The notes: generated by a model not told the origin, from the letters alone. 24,000 nt of DNA from Motilibacter rhizosphaerae (GCF_004216915.1 NZ_SGXD01000001.1:921013-945012), one strand, 5' to 3'; counted from the stretch's first letter, positions 1 to 7,865 are shown. Translations and numbers: made by a program.

Positions 1-201
1 GGAGCAGCCCGGTACCGCCGAGACCTCTCCCCCACCTCCCGCCCAGCTACCTAGCGGTGTCGTGCTCGCGGAGGTGCGCTCACTGTGCGGTGCTGATGCT
101 CGCTAGGGCCCGTAAGGGCACCGGTAGCGGTGGTCGGGAAGGCTGCCGCGGCGAGGCTCACGGGTGAGCCGAGCAGGAACGAGTTGCCCGCTGGCGCGGG
201 C

Positions 202-2496
202 TCATCTCGCCCCCCCGCGGCTCCGTTTTTCCTCGTGCTCCTCCAGCGCGGCCCGGTAGGCGGTGTGCACGGCCTCGGGGCGCAGGCCGTGGAAGGTGGA
301 CACCCTCGCGATGACCTCAGCCGCGCGGGCGGGTGGGGCGTCGGTGAGCGCGGCAGCGACGTAGCTGGCCGCCCGGACGGTGTCCTCGGCGGTGCTGAGG
401 TCGCGGCCGTGGAGCCGTTGCTCGATCACCCGCTCAATGAGGGGGTGGGTCTCGGCAAGCGAGAGGGAGGCGCGCAGCACGTCCGACCCGTACTCGGCGG
501 ACAGCTTGGACGGGTCGGCGCCGGGCAGGCCCGGCGCGTAGGTGGGCCACGCACCGGTAGCGCGCAGCAGCGGGTACGTCGCGGCGGCCGCCTGTCGGCC
601 GGCGGTGTCCTCGTCCATCGCCACGATGACGCCGCGCTCGGCGAGCGGCACCCGCGCGGCCAGCTGGGCGACGTGCGCCGCGGTCAGGGCGGTGCCCGCT
701 GCGGCAACGCCGGCGAAGCGGTCAGGGTCAGCAGCGGAGACGGCCATCGCGTCCCACGGCCCCTCGACGACGACCGGTACCGCCCCGCGGTCGAGCGCCG
801 CGGCGACGGCGGGGGCGCCGAGGCCGTAGAGGTGCTCGCCCTTGCGGTAGAGCGCAGTCTCCGGGGAGTTCAGGTACTTCGGTGCCGCGCCCTCCTCGCC
901 GGCGTCCGCGTCGAGGGAGCGGCCGATGAAGGCGATGACCACTCCGGTGCCGTCACTGAGATCGTTTGTGAGCTCCCGCTGAGGCCCATTAATGCCGTTG
1001 GTGCCGTTAGCACCAGCCACGGCGTGGACGGGGAACATCATGCGGTTGCGGAAGCGGTCCACGACGGTGTCACGGCTGGTGCGCAGTCCTAGGCCGGAGT
1101 CGAGGATCTGCCGGTCGGTGTAGCCCTTCGCGCGCAGGTGGTCGGTCAGCGCGGTCCACGTGGCGGGGGCGTAGCCCACCCCGTAGGCCGCGGTTGTCGA
1201 CGCGGGCAGCCCGCGCTCGATCAGGGCGGTCGCGGCGGCGCTCCTGCCGCCGGCCTCGTGCTTGGCGAGCTCGCGGGCCAGGCGTTCGACGTAGAAGGCC
1301 TGCGCCTCGGCGTGCATCGCGGAGAGCGTGGCCGAGGGGGTGGCCGGTTCCTGGCCCTGACCGACGGCCGTGCCCCGAGCGGCCGGTCGAGGGGCTGCGG
1401 GGGCGTCGGCGAGGCTGTCACGCACCCCCTCGGCGCGGGCTAGCAGATCGTCAGCGGCGGCGGTGCTAGCCGCAACGTGCTCGGCCAACTCGTCCCCGAC
1501 GACCTGGGCCTGATCGGGCTGGGTCGCGGCGAGGACGGTCCCAGCTGCGGACAGGACTCGCTGGGCGGTGCCGCGGACGACCTGCTCGGGGTCTGCGGCG
1601 TCGCGCCCGGCGGCCCAGCCCGCGACGTAGGCGAACGTGTAGCCGTCGGTGTCGAGGCCGTGAGCCGCGGCCACGAGGTAGGCGACGGACTCGGCCTCGA
1701 CCTCCTGCTCGGGGCGGCCGTGACCCCGACCCGGCTCGCCGTGCTCCCCGCCGTGCCCGCCCGGGCCGTGAAGCAGGACGTGGCCGAGCTCGTGGGCGAG
1801 GGTCTTCACCGCCTGCGCGTCGTCGACGTCGGGGCGGACGACGACCTCGCGGCTGCCGAAGTCGGTGTAGCCGTTCGCCGGCGCGGTCTCCCCGCGCCGC
1901 ACGGTGAACCCCTGCTCCTCGGCCAGGGACGCCAGCGCGTTCCACAGCCCGGGCGGCGCCTGGCCCTGCAGCAGCTGGGGGCGAGGGGCCTCGGGAAGCG
2001 GCTCGCCAGTCGTCTGGGACACGTCCCACACGTAGGCCTGGCGAAAGCCGACGACCCGGCCGCCGCGGCGCTGCTCGCCGCCGTCCCCGGCCTCTGCCGA
2101 GCCCGCGCTCGCGGGGCTGCTGGTGCCAGTGGGGGTGTCGCTGTCGGCTGTGTTGGCCTTCGCCCGGCGGATGATGGGGGCGAGCACCGCGATGCCCCTC
2201 TCCCCGTATGTGACCTGCCGCCCGAGCTTCTGCCAAGCGCCGTAGCCGGCGACAGCGCGCGCGTCCGGGCGCTGCATCGCGATGAGCAGCTGGTTGTTGA
2301 ACGAGTACGTCGGGAACACCGCCGCGGTCTGCAGCCAGCGCTTCCAGTCCTCACCCGTCGACAGCGACCGGACCTGCTCGGCCAACTTGCCGTGGAGCTC
2401 CGCGAGCTTCGCGGCTCTCGCTTCGTCGCGAGCCTTGTCGCGGGCCTCGTCGCGCGCGCCGCCGGCCTTGCGGCCGGCGCTCCGAGCCGGGGCCAT
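202..2496 (-). CDS. ArdC-like ssDNA-binding domain / HExxH metallopeptidase-like domain / DnaG-type primase (TOPRIM) fusion protein, 764 aa
   Basis: The N-terminus (WKRWLQTAAVFPTYSFNNQLLIAMQRPDA...GYGAWQKLGRQV..GERGIAVLAPI) is ArdC N-domain-like. The centre carries LAHELGHVLLH (HExxH). The C-terminal half has DnaG core motifs (FRNRMMFPV, KYLNSPETALYRKGEHLYGL, VVVEGPWDAM, VIVAMDEDTAGRQAA) and no N-terminal zinc finger. The ATG overlaps the upstream stop as ATGA at 2494-2498. Confidence 0.85.
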   Translation of the reverse strand: MAPARSAGRKAGGARDEARDKARDEARAAKLAELHGKLAEQVRSLSTGEDWKRWLQTAAVFPTYSFNNQLLIAMQRPDARAVAGYGAWQKLGRQVTYGERGIAVLAPIIRRAKANTADSDTPTGTSSPASAGSAEAGDGGEQRRGGRVVGFRQAYVWDVSQTTGEPLPEAPRPQLLQGQAPPGLWNALASLAEEQGFTVRRGETAPANGYTDFGSREVVVRPDVDDAQAVKTLAHELGHVLLHGPGGHGGEHGEPGRGHGRPEQEVEAESVAYLVAAAHGLDTDGYTFAYVAGWAAGRDAADPEQVVRGTAQRVLSAAGTVLAATQPDQAQVVGDELAEHVAASTAAADDLLARAEGVRDSLADAPAAPRPAARGTAVGQGQEPATPSATLSAMHAEAQAFYVERLARELAKHEAGGRSAAATALIERGLPASTTAAYGVGYAPATWTALTDHLRAKGYTDRQILDSGLGLRTSRDTVVDRFRNRMMFPVHAVAGANGTNGINGPQRELTNDLSDGTGVVIAFIGRSLDADAGEEGAAPKYLNSPETALYRKGEHLYGLGAPAVAAALDRGAVPVVVEGPWDAMAVSAADPDRFAGVAAAGTALTAAHVAQLAARVPLAERGVIVAMDEDTAGRQAAAATYPLLRATGAWPTYAPGLPGADPSKLSAEYGSDVLRASLSLAETHPLIERVIEQRLHGRDLSTAEDTVRAASYVAAALTDAPPARAAEVIARVSTFHGLRPEAVHTAYRAALEEHEEKRSRGGAR

Positions 2497-2660
2497 CAGG
2501 ACCGCCGCGCGACACGCGGCGCGGGGGCGAGCCCGACCCGCGCGACCAACCGCTCGATGGTCTCCTGCTGCGCCTCGACGGTGCGGCGCAGCGCGTCGAG
2601 CTGCTCCTGCTGCGCGGCGAGCACAGCCAGCGCGTCAACGGGAAGCGTGGGGTTGGCCAT
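2496..2660 (-). CDS. Small coiled-coil protein, 54 aa (MANPTLPVDALAVLAAQQEQLDALRRTVEAQQETIERLVARV...)
   Basis: An internal ATG at 2660 is preceded by GGAGG plus a 5-nt spacer (minus strand CCGGAGGTTCTGATG). The stop overlaps the primase-fusion start. The longer 78-aa reading from 2732 lacks an RBS and is Pro/Arg-rich. Confidence 0.55.
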   Translation of the reverse strand: MANPTLPVDALAVLAAQQEQLDALRRTVEAQQETIERLVARVGLAPAPRVARRS

Positions 2661-2847
2661 CAGAACCTCCGGTTTGTCGGGTCGGGGTGGGCGGAGCGGT
2701 GGGGTCGAGCGACGGTGCGGCCGCGAGCTCAAGCAGCGGAACCGGGTACGCGGCGGCCGCCAGCGCCGGTGCGGTGACCGGCGCGAGCGGCTCGGCGGCG
2801 TCCTCCGGCTCGGGGAGGTCGCACACGCTCGCGGCGATGCTCGTCAC
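2635..2847 (-). CDS. Small Pro/Ala-rich acidic protein, 70 aa, unknown function
   Basis: The GTG start forms a GTGA overlap with the stop of the 570-aa gene (2844-2847). GC3 is high for about the first 45 codons. The tail overlaps the RBS and start of the next small ORF. Confidence 0.45.
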   Translation of the reverse strand: MTSIAASVCDLPEPEDAAEPLAPVTAPALAAAAYPVPLLELAAAPSLDPTAPPTPTRQTGGSDGQPHASR

Positions 2848-4556
2848 CGGCGGATGCCCCTGCGCGGCGGCACCGGCGTCGCCGCAGCGTGGGCGGTGGC
2901 CGCGACGGTCGCGGCGCTGGACTGCTGCACCGACGTGGCGGAGGCGGCGACACCGGTCGCGCCTGCCCGGGCGGCTGCTGCGCCGGAAGCGTTCATCGGC
3001 TCGGGGAACGCGACTGCCGCGAGCTCCACCGGACTGACCTTGCTGGCGGTGTCGAGCGCGAGGACGGTGTCACGGTCGCTCTCCGCACGCGCGCCCCGGC
3101 TCTGCCCTGCATCGCTCGCAGCCGTGGTCTGCTCGGGCACGGCGCGGGCCACGCCCACCTGGTGCTCGTCGACGCGCGGGGTCGCCGGGTCGTCCAGGAC
3201 GCTCGCCTGCGACCTGGCGGTGAGCCCGTGCTGCGCTGCGGTCTCGCCTCGGACCGTGGCGAGGTCCCCGAGGTCCCGGCTCTGCGCCTGCTGCGCGGCC
3301 GCGAGCGACCGGTCCGGCAGCGTCAGCGTCGCTGTCGCCGCGGGAGGCTGCTCCTGCAGCAGGTGCGCGGCGCTGGCCCGCAGCCGGCCCTCGACCTCCC
3401 GGTAGCCCTCGACGCTCGCTGGGACGTCCAGCGGCGTGCCGCCAACCCCGGCGCTGACGCGGGCCTGCTCGGCGGCACGGTCGTACAGGTCGCCGAAGTC
3501 CTCGTGCCGCACCGTGGGGCTGGTCGGGTGCGCGATGAAGTGCTCCACGGTCGCCTCAATCGCCCGCTCGCGGTCCGCTGCGCTCGGCACGGCCGAGCCG
3601 GTCGCGTGCAGGGCGGCGGTGTAGACCTCCGGGAGGTCAGCGCGGCCAGCGTCCAGCCGCGGGCCGGCACCGAGCTGGCCGCGCAGCGCCTCGACCGCGG
3701 AGGGGGCGGGGACGCCGCGCTGCCGGGCCTCGGCGTAGCCGGCGTAGGCCTCCCACGGCAGAGCCGACCCGACTGAGGCGTGCAGCGCGTCACGCGCCGG
3801 CATCCCGTAGTCCTTCAGCTGCAGGTAGTGCATCACGTTCGACGTGGCCGCGACCTCGCTCAGCGTCGGCAGCGCGGGCGCCGCGGACGTGCCCTCACTC
3901 CGCGAGGACTCTCCTCCCTCCCCGGCGCTCTGCTGCCCGGCGGAAGGGCGGCCGCCAGCGAGGGCGGCAAGCCGGGGCAGGCCCTGCTCCTCCGTCGCCG
4001 CGACGGCGACCGCTGCGCCGAGCGCGACGTCCTCGACGTCCTGCTCGAGCGGAGCGCGCCGGGGTCCCGGTTGCCCCTCCCACACGCGCGCCGCGGGCTG
4101 GTCGAAGTACGGAGCGACGCGGCGCATCGCGTCGATGGGGTCGACGCCGTCGCTGCGGAGTCGGTCGTAGCGCTCCATCACGTCGGGGCGCAGCGTGCGC
4201 AGCCGGTCCTCGGCCAGCTGCGTCACGCGCTCGGCGTCGGGGGCGGGGCGCCAGCCCTGCGCGGTCGCCCAGATGTGGCCGGTCTGCCCCAGGCCCACGC
4301 TGTCGCGGGTCCGCGGGTCGAGCAGCGGTGCCCACACCGCGGTGGCTTGCCCGTGCCGGGCCTGCATCTCCGCTCGGGCCGCCGCGGCGGCCCGCTCGTC
4401 GGCGGCAGCGCGCTCGCGGGAGCGGTTCGCCGCGATCTGGGCGAGCGCCTCGGCGGCCATCGTCGCCACGCTGACCCACTGGACGACCTTGCCGCTCGCG
4501 TGCGCGGCCGGGTCCTCGTGCTGCTCGTGCGCGGAGCCTGACGTCGGGACTGACAT
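2844..4556 (-). CDS. Hypothetical conjugative-element protein, 570 aa, no family recognisable by eye
   Basis: The ATG at 4556 is preceded by GGAGG with a 9-nt spacer. Amino-acid composition is coding-like and GC3 is high throughout. It lies between the DUF4913-like and primase genes on the same strand. Confidence 0.75.
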   Translation of the reverse strand: MSVPTSGSAHEQHEDPAAHASGKVVQWVSVATMAAEALAQIAANRSRERAAADERAAAAARAEMQARHGQATAVWAPLLDPRTRDSVGLGQTGHIWATAQGWRPAPDAERVTQLAEDRLRTLRPDVMERYDRLRSDGVDPIDAMRRVAPYFDQPAARVWEGQPGPRRAPLEQDVEDVALGAAVAVAATEEQGLPRLAALAGGRPSAGQQSAGEGGESSRSEGTSAAPALPTLSEVAATSNVMHYLQLKDYGMPARDALHASVGSALPWEAYAGYAEARQRGVPAPSAVEALRGQLGAGPRLDAGRADLPEVYTAALHATGSAVPSAADRERAIEATVEHFIAHPTSPTVRHEDFGDLYDRAAEQARVSAGVGGTPLDVPASVEGYREVEGRLRASAAHLLQEQPPAATATLTLPDRSLAAAQQAQSRDLGDLATVRGETAAQHGLTARSQASVLDDPATPRVDEHQVGVARAVPEQTTAASDAGQSRGARAESDRDTVLALDTASKVSPVELAAVAFPEPMNASGAAAARAGATGVAASATSVQQSSAATVAATAHAAATPVPPRRGIRR

Positions 4557-4634
4557 GGCGGAGAACCTCCAGAGGTGCGGGGCGGAAGCGGCGAGGAGAG
4601 GGGGGTTCGGCGCTCGGCGGCGCGCCGGGGGTGG

Positions 4635-5177
4635 CTAGGCCTGCCGGTAGGTGTGGGTCATTGGCTCCCACCAGCCCTCGGGCGCGGGGAGCGAGGGCAG
4701 CGCCGGCGGCGGCCGGTGCTCGTCGGGGCGGCACTGGCCGAACGGCCCGGACCCGGACAGCAGGATCGGGAGGTGGTGGTCCAGGTGGTGTGCGAACCAG
4801 GTGGCCATGCCCTTGTCGGGGTCGAGGCGGGCGGCCTCGAAGGTCCGCCACAGCGCCTCCAGTCGCATGATCGCCTCCGCGTGGTCCCACCACTGCGCGC
4901 ACCACATGCCGGTCGGGCCCCCCAGGGTCCGCGCGAACGCGGTGACGAAGAACCCCTGGACGAACTCGGCGAGCGAGCCGAACAGCGGCACCCACTCGTC
5001 CCCGGGGGCGACCGGCTCGCGCGGCGGCACCCCGGGCGCCGGCGGCTGCCGGTACTGCACGTCGGCGACCACGCCGTCCAGGCGCCCGAGCCACTGCTCG
5101 AGGTAGACGATCCGCTCGGCGGCCTCGCTCAGGCTCGTCGGCGGCAGGGTGCCGTCGTCGAACGGCTCGGCGCTCAC
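4635..5177 (-). CDS. DUF4913-like protein, 180 aa
   Basis: The C-terminal block MWCAQWWDHAEAIMRLEALWRTFEAARLDPDKGMATWFAHHLDHHLPILLSGSGPF matches the pattern I recall for DUF4913 proteins, which follow coupling-protein genes in actinobacterial elements. The GTG at 5177 forms a GTGA overlap with the upstream stop (5174-5177). The part of the track ORF upstream of 5177 is off-frame over the T4CP-domain gene. Confidence 0.75.
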   Translation of the reverse strand: MSAEPFDDGTLPPTSLSEAAERIVYLEQWLGRLDGVVADVQYRQPPAPGVPPREPVAPGDEWVPLFGSLAEFVQGFFVTAFARTLGGPTGMWCAQWWDHAEAIMRLEALWRTFEAARLDPDKGMATWFAHHLDHHLPILLSGSGPFGQCRPDEHRPPPALPSLPAPEGWWEPMTHTYRQA

Positions 5178-5884
5178 GACGCGGCCGCCGGCGCGGCACC
5201 TGCGACACCGTCCAGCGCGCCCGCCCCCAGCCAGGCCGGGTCGGGGATGCTGGCTCGGCGGCCCTGCAGAGCGGCTGCCTCGATCTCGCCGTTGCCGCGA
5301 GCCAGGGCCGCGGCGATCTCGTCCTTCCGGGTCCCCGTGTACCAGGGGGCGGAGTGCAGCAGCGCGGGCTTCGACCCGGTGGACAGCACGATGACCCGGC
5401 CCTTGGGCAGGGCGCGGATCTCGGCGGCTGACAGGATGCGCCGCTGCTGAACGGAGCGGGAGCGGGAGCGCTTGCCGTCGGCACCCGAGGACACCGAGAC
5501 CATGTCGACGTCGGCGTCCCCGACCAGGCGGGAGATGTCTTCGGCGAACGAGGGATCGTCGGTGCCCGAGCCGATGACCTTGATCGTGGCGGCGCCGAAC
5601 AGCGCCTTCATGCCGGACTCGCCCCACACCCCGACGCCTTGGGGGTAGGACTGCAGGATCGTGATGGGCACGATGCCCCGGCTGCCGAAGTGGCTGTAGA
5701 GCTGGGGAAGGTCGCCGACCTGGATGCCATCCCAGTGCCAGGAGCAGAGCAGGACGTGCGCGCCGTACCGGTCGGTGATGCGCACGGCGGCGGGATGAGT
5801 GCAGCACGGCGACTCGCACGACAGCGAGATGCACGACGTGGACGCGGTCGACGAGGGCGAGAGGGGCGGGACAGCGGTGGGCAC
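5174..5884 (-). CDS. Stand-alone TraG/VirD4-family coupling-protein C-terminal domain protein, 236 aa; no Walker A, degenerate Walker B; Cys-rich N-terminus (possibly a deletion-derived remnant)
   Basis: DLPQLYSHFGSRGIVPITILQSYPQGVGVWGESGMKALFGAATIKVIGSGTDDPSFAEDISRLVGD and RILSAAEIRALPKGRVIVLSTG are typical of the C-terminal third of actinobacterial T4CPs. The expected hhhhDEAAN is replaced by VLLCSWHWDG. The GTG at 5884 has GAGGAGG plus a 5-nt spacer. GC3 is high even in the first 56 non-homologous codons (SCISLSCESPCCTH). Confidence 0.7.
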   Translation of the reverse strand: MPTAVPPLSPSSTASTSCISLSCESPCCTHPAAVRITDRYGAHVLLCSWHWDGIQVGDLPQLYSHFGSRGIVPITILQSYPQGVGVWGESGMKALFGAATIKVIGSGTDDPSFAEDISRLVGDADVDMVSVSSGADGKRSRSRSVQQRRILSAAEIRALPKGRVIVLSTGSKPALLHSAPWYTGTRKDEIAAALARGNGEIEAAALQGRRASIPDPAWLGAGALDGVAGAAPAAAS

Positions 5885-6087
5885 GGCGGCCTCCTCGGGA
5901 AGGGCAAGGCAGTGCCGCCACGGCGACCCCGAGGGGCTGGCCGCGCTGGCAGTGCGCTAGGAAACGCCGCGGATCTGCACGGACAGGCGGTACTCGATGC
6001 CTTTGCCCGGATCACGCGACCGGATGGAACCGCAGGTCACAGCCCTGCGGCTACACTTTGGCACCAGGCGGATCGTCGCCAGGCTGC

Positions 6088-6129
6088 CTACGGATCAGAA
6101 GGTTAGGGGTTCGAGTCCCTTCGGGCGCA
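6088..6129 (+). other. 3-prime half of a tRNA-Arg(ACG) gene (anticodon loop to discriminator); putative att core repeat (attR-like)
   Basis: The sequence reads CTACGGA (loop, anticodon ACG), TCAGA, AGGTT, AGGGG-TTCGAGT-CCCTT (T arm), CGGGCGC-A. Upstream sequence cannot supply the 5-prime acceptor strand, the D arm or the 5-prime anticodon stem (GCTGC where TCTGA is needed). Confidence 0.65.
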
Positions 6130-6147
6130 CGCTGTGTCGAGACAGTA

Positions 6148-6189
6148 GACGAAGGCCCTGGTCAGCGAGAGCTGGCCAGGGCCTTCGTC
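6148..6189. terminator. Strong hairpin (19-bp stem, GAGA loop), likely a bidirectional terminator
   Basis: GACGAAGGCCCTGGTCAGC-gaga-GCTGGCCAGGGCCTTCGTC has one G:U pair. It lies just after the tRNA-derived segment and 86 nt beyond the stop of the convergent flippase gene. Confidence 0.65.
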
Positions 6190-6274
6190 GTCCTCGGGTC
6201 AGCCGCACGAGGGCAGGGCCCAGGTGCGGACCACCGCGCCCTCGTCGCGCCACCCGGCGGCGAGGGCGGCGGAG

Positions 6275-7852
6275 CTAGGGCGCTGCCGCTCCGCCCGGGC
6301 CGTCGCGCAGTGCCGCCCCGGGGCTGCGAGGCGTCTCGGTCAGCCCGGCGTCAGCCGACTCCAGGGTGTCGACCACGGCGTGACCGGCCGCGGCCGGGCC
6401 GGCCGCCGCCGGCAGCGGCGGCTGACGGCGCGCGCGGGCCAGAGGGACGGCGAGGACGGCGGCCTCGACGGCGAGAGCGACGACCCACGCGACCGCGACA
6501 CCGCGCGTCCCGTCGACGATCGCGCCACCCGTGGCCGCCGCCACCTCGAGGACTGCTCCGACGAGGACCACGCCCGCCGCTTCCGTCGTCCTGCCCTGGA
6601 CGCGCCGCAGTGCGACGAAGTGGTCCTTCACGACGAGCGGGACACCCGCCAGGACGATCACCCGCAGCTCGGTGATGCCGTTGCTCGCGTACTGGCTGCC
6701 GAACGCCGACAGGATCGGGTGGGCGATCGGCCAGAGCACGACGTCCGCCGCGAGACTGGCCGCGATGCCGAACGGGAGGGTGAGCCGCATGCGGCTCAGG
6801 AGCTCGCGCTCGTCGGCGTCCGAGGCCGCGAACAGTCCGACGGCCATGGCGTAGGGCAGGACGAAGACGAACCCCGCGACCAGCCTCACGGTGGAGAAGT
6901 AGCCGTTGTCCGTCTGGGACAGGACGAGGGTCACCACCAGGCCGAGGAGCAGGGGTGGCGCCTGGAGGGCCAGGTTGAGGGCGTGGTGGCTGGCGGCTGC
7001 ACCCCGCAGGTCCCGCATCATCGACCAGTCGAACAGGCCCTTGGTGGACTCGAGCTGCCGCCCTCCCCTCGTGCGCCAGAGCACCAGCGGCAGTGAAGCG
7101 GCGTTCCCCAGGGTCCACGAGAGGTAGATCGCCATGCCTCCGGTGTGTCCCGTGGCGGCGAGCACGACGAGGAAGACGATCTTCGTCGCGCTGGCGACGA
7201 CGTTGCGCTCGAGCTGCAGCAGCCCCGAACCCAGGGACAGGACGGCCTGGTCGAGCACCAGCGTGAGACCGGTGAGCCCGACTCCCACGGCGAAGGCGAC
7301 GGCGACGGCGGGACTGGCGCCGACCGGGGCGAGCCCTTGAGCGGGGAGGAGGTGCACGGCGACGGCGAGGAGCAGACCGAGCAGGGTGCTCGCGGCCGCC
7401 GCGAGCGCGAGGCTGGTGCGGACGAGGACCCGGCGGCGGCCCTGGTCGATGCGGGACATCTCGCGGATCAGCAGGGTGCCGAGCCCGAGCATGCCGACCG
7501 ACCCGAGCAGCTGCATGGCCGAGATGGCCGCGCTGGCGAGTCCGACAGCGCGGACGGAGAAGCCGCGTGCGGCGACGGTCCAGTAGACGAGCCCGAGGAC
7601 GCTCGTGACCGCTTGCGTCCCGACGAGCGTGGCGGTCACCGCGGCGATGCGCTCGAACCCCTGGAAGCGGCCCAGCCCGCGCGATCCCCGCCGCTTGCCC
7701 CGCACTGCGTCCCCCGTCCACCGGCTCGTCCTGCTCGCGCCGGTGCGGGCTGCGTCGATGCGGTCGCGACCGCGCAGGAGCGCCGCCCGCGCCGTCGTGC
7801 CCATCGTAGGCGAGCCACGCTCCGCCCTGGGCCGCGCGGCCCCCCGCGTCAC
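6275..7852 (-). CDS. Polysaccharide flippase, Wzx/MOP-superfamily-like polytopic membrane protein (up to 525 aa)
   Basis: About 12 hydrophobic helices and an Arg-rich N-terminus. It sits 14 nt downstream of the GH16 gene on the same strand. The start is uncertain: GTG 7852 or ATG 7804. Confidence 0.75.
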   Translation of the reverse strand: MTRGAARPRAERGSPTMGTTARAALLRGRDRIDAARTGASRTSRWTGDAVRGKRRGSRGLGRFQGFERIAAVTATLVGTQAVTSVLGLVYWTVAARGFSVRAVGLASAAISAMQLLGSVGMLGLGTLLIREMSRIDQGRRRVLVRTSLALAAAASTLLGLLLAVAVHLLPAQGLAPVGASPAVAVAFAVGVGLTGLTLVLDQAVLSLGSGLLQLERNVVASATKIVFLVVLAATGHTGGMAIYLSWTLGNAASLPLVLWRTRGGRQLESTKGLFDWSMMRDLRGAAASHHALNLALQAPPLLLGLVVTLVLSQTDNGYFSTVRLVAGFVFVLPYAMAVGLFAASDADERELLSRMRLTLPFGIAASLAADVVLWPIAHPILSAFGSQYASNGITELRVIVLAGVPLVVKDHFVALRRVQGRTTEAAGVVLVGAVLEVAAATGGAIVDGTRGVAVAWVVALAVEAAVLAVPLARARRQPPLPAAAGPAAAGHAVVDTLESADAGLTETPRSPGAALRDGPGGAAAP

Positions 7853-7865
7853 GCGGTCGGAGGGG

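Larger units (their letters stand above)
1..6129. mobile_element. Right-hand portion of an integrated actinobacterial conjugative/mobilizable element (continues beyond the left window edge)
   Basis: All genes from 202 to 5884 are conjugation/plasmid-type (ArdC-like, primase, DUF4913-like, T4CP domain), lie on one strand and show stop/start overlaps. The block ends at a partial tRNA-Arg 3-prime half (6088-6129). Chromosomal-type polysaccharide genes follow. No integrase or relaxase is visible in the window. Confidence 0.6.

Noticed and set aside
155-170. A possible terminator hairpin GGCTCAC-gg-GTGAGCC downstream of the primase-fusion gene.
   Set aside because: The effective stem is only about 5 bp once a sterically possible loop is allowed, and there is no U-tract. 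This is too weak to report as a feature.
130-5484. Long ORFs antisense to or out of frame with the transfer operon: 130-1092 +, 1477-3405 +, 2282-3037 +, 2889-3776 +, 3780-4541 +, 4575-5450 +, 1466-2236 -, 3895-5484 -.
   Set aside because: The translations are Arg/Pro/Gly/Ala-rich and low in complexity, which is typical of wrong frames in high-GC DNA. Each is fully overlapped by a frame with recognisable domains or far better codon bias.
5178-5921. The upstream 248 codons of the 428-aa track ORF 4635-5921.
   Set aside because: Only the last 180 codons look like a real DUF4913-type protein. The upstream part is the +1 frame of the T4CP-domain gene and translates to Arg/Pro-rich sequence. GTG 5177 gives a stop/start overlap with that gene.
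6016-6129. An attempt to call an intact tRNA, with 5-prime acceptor candidates GCACCAG at 6061 or GCGACCG at 6016.
   Set aside because: The 6061 option gives two acceptor mismatches, no D arm and a mismatched anticodon stem. The 6016 option would be 114 nt long with no tRNA-like internal structure. Only the 3-prime half is tRNA-derived.
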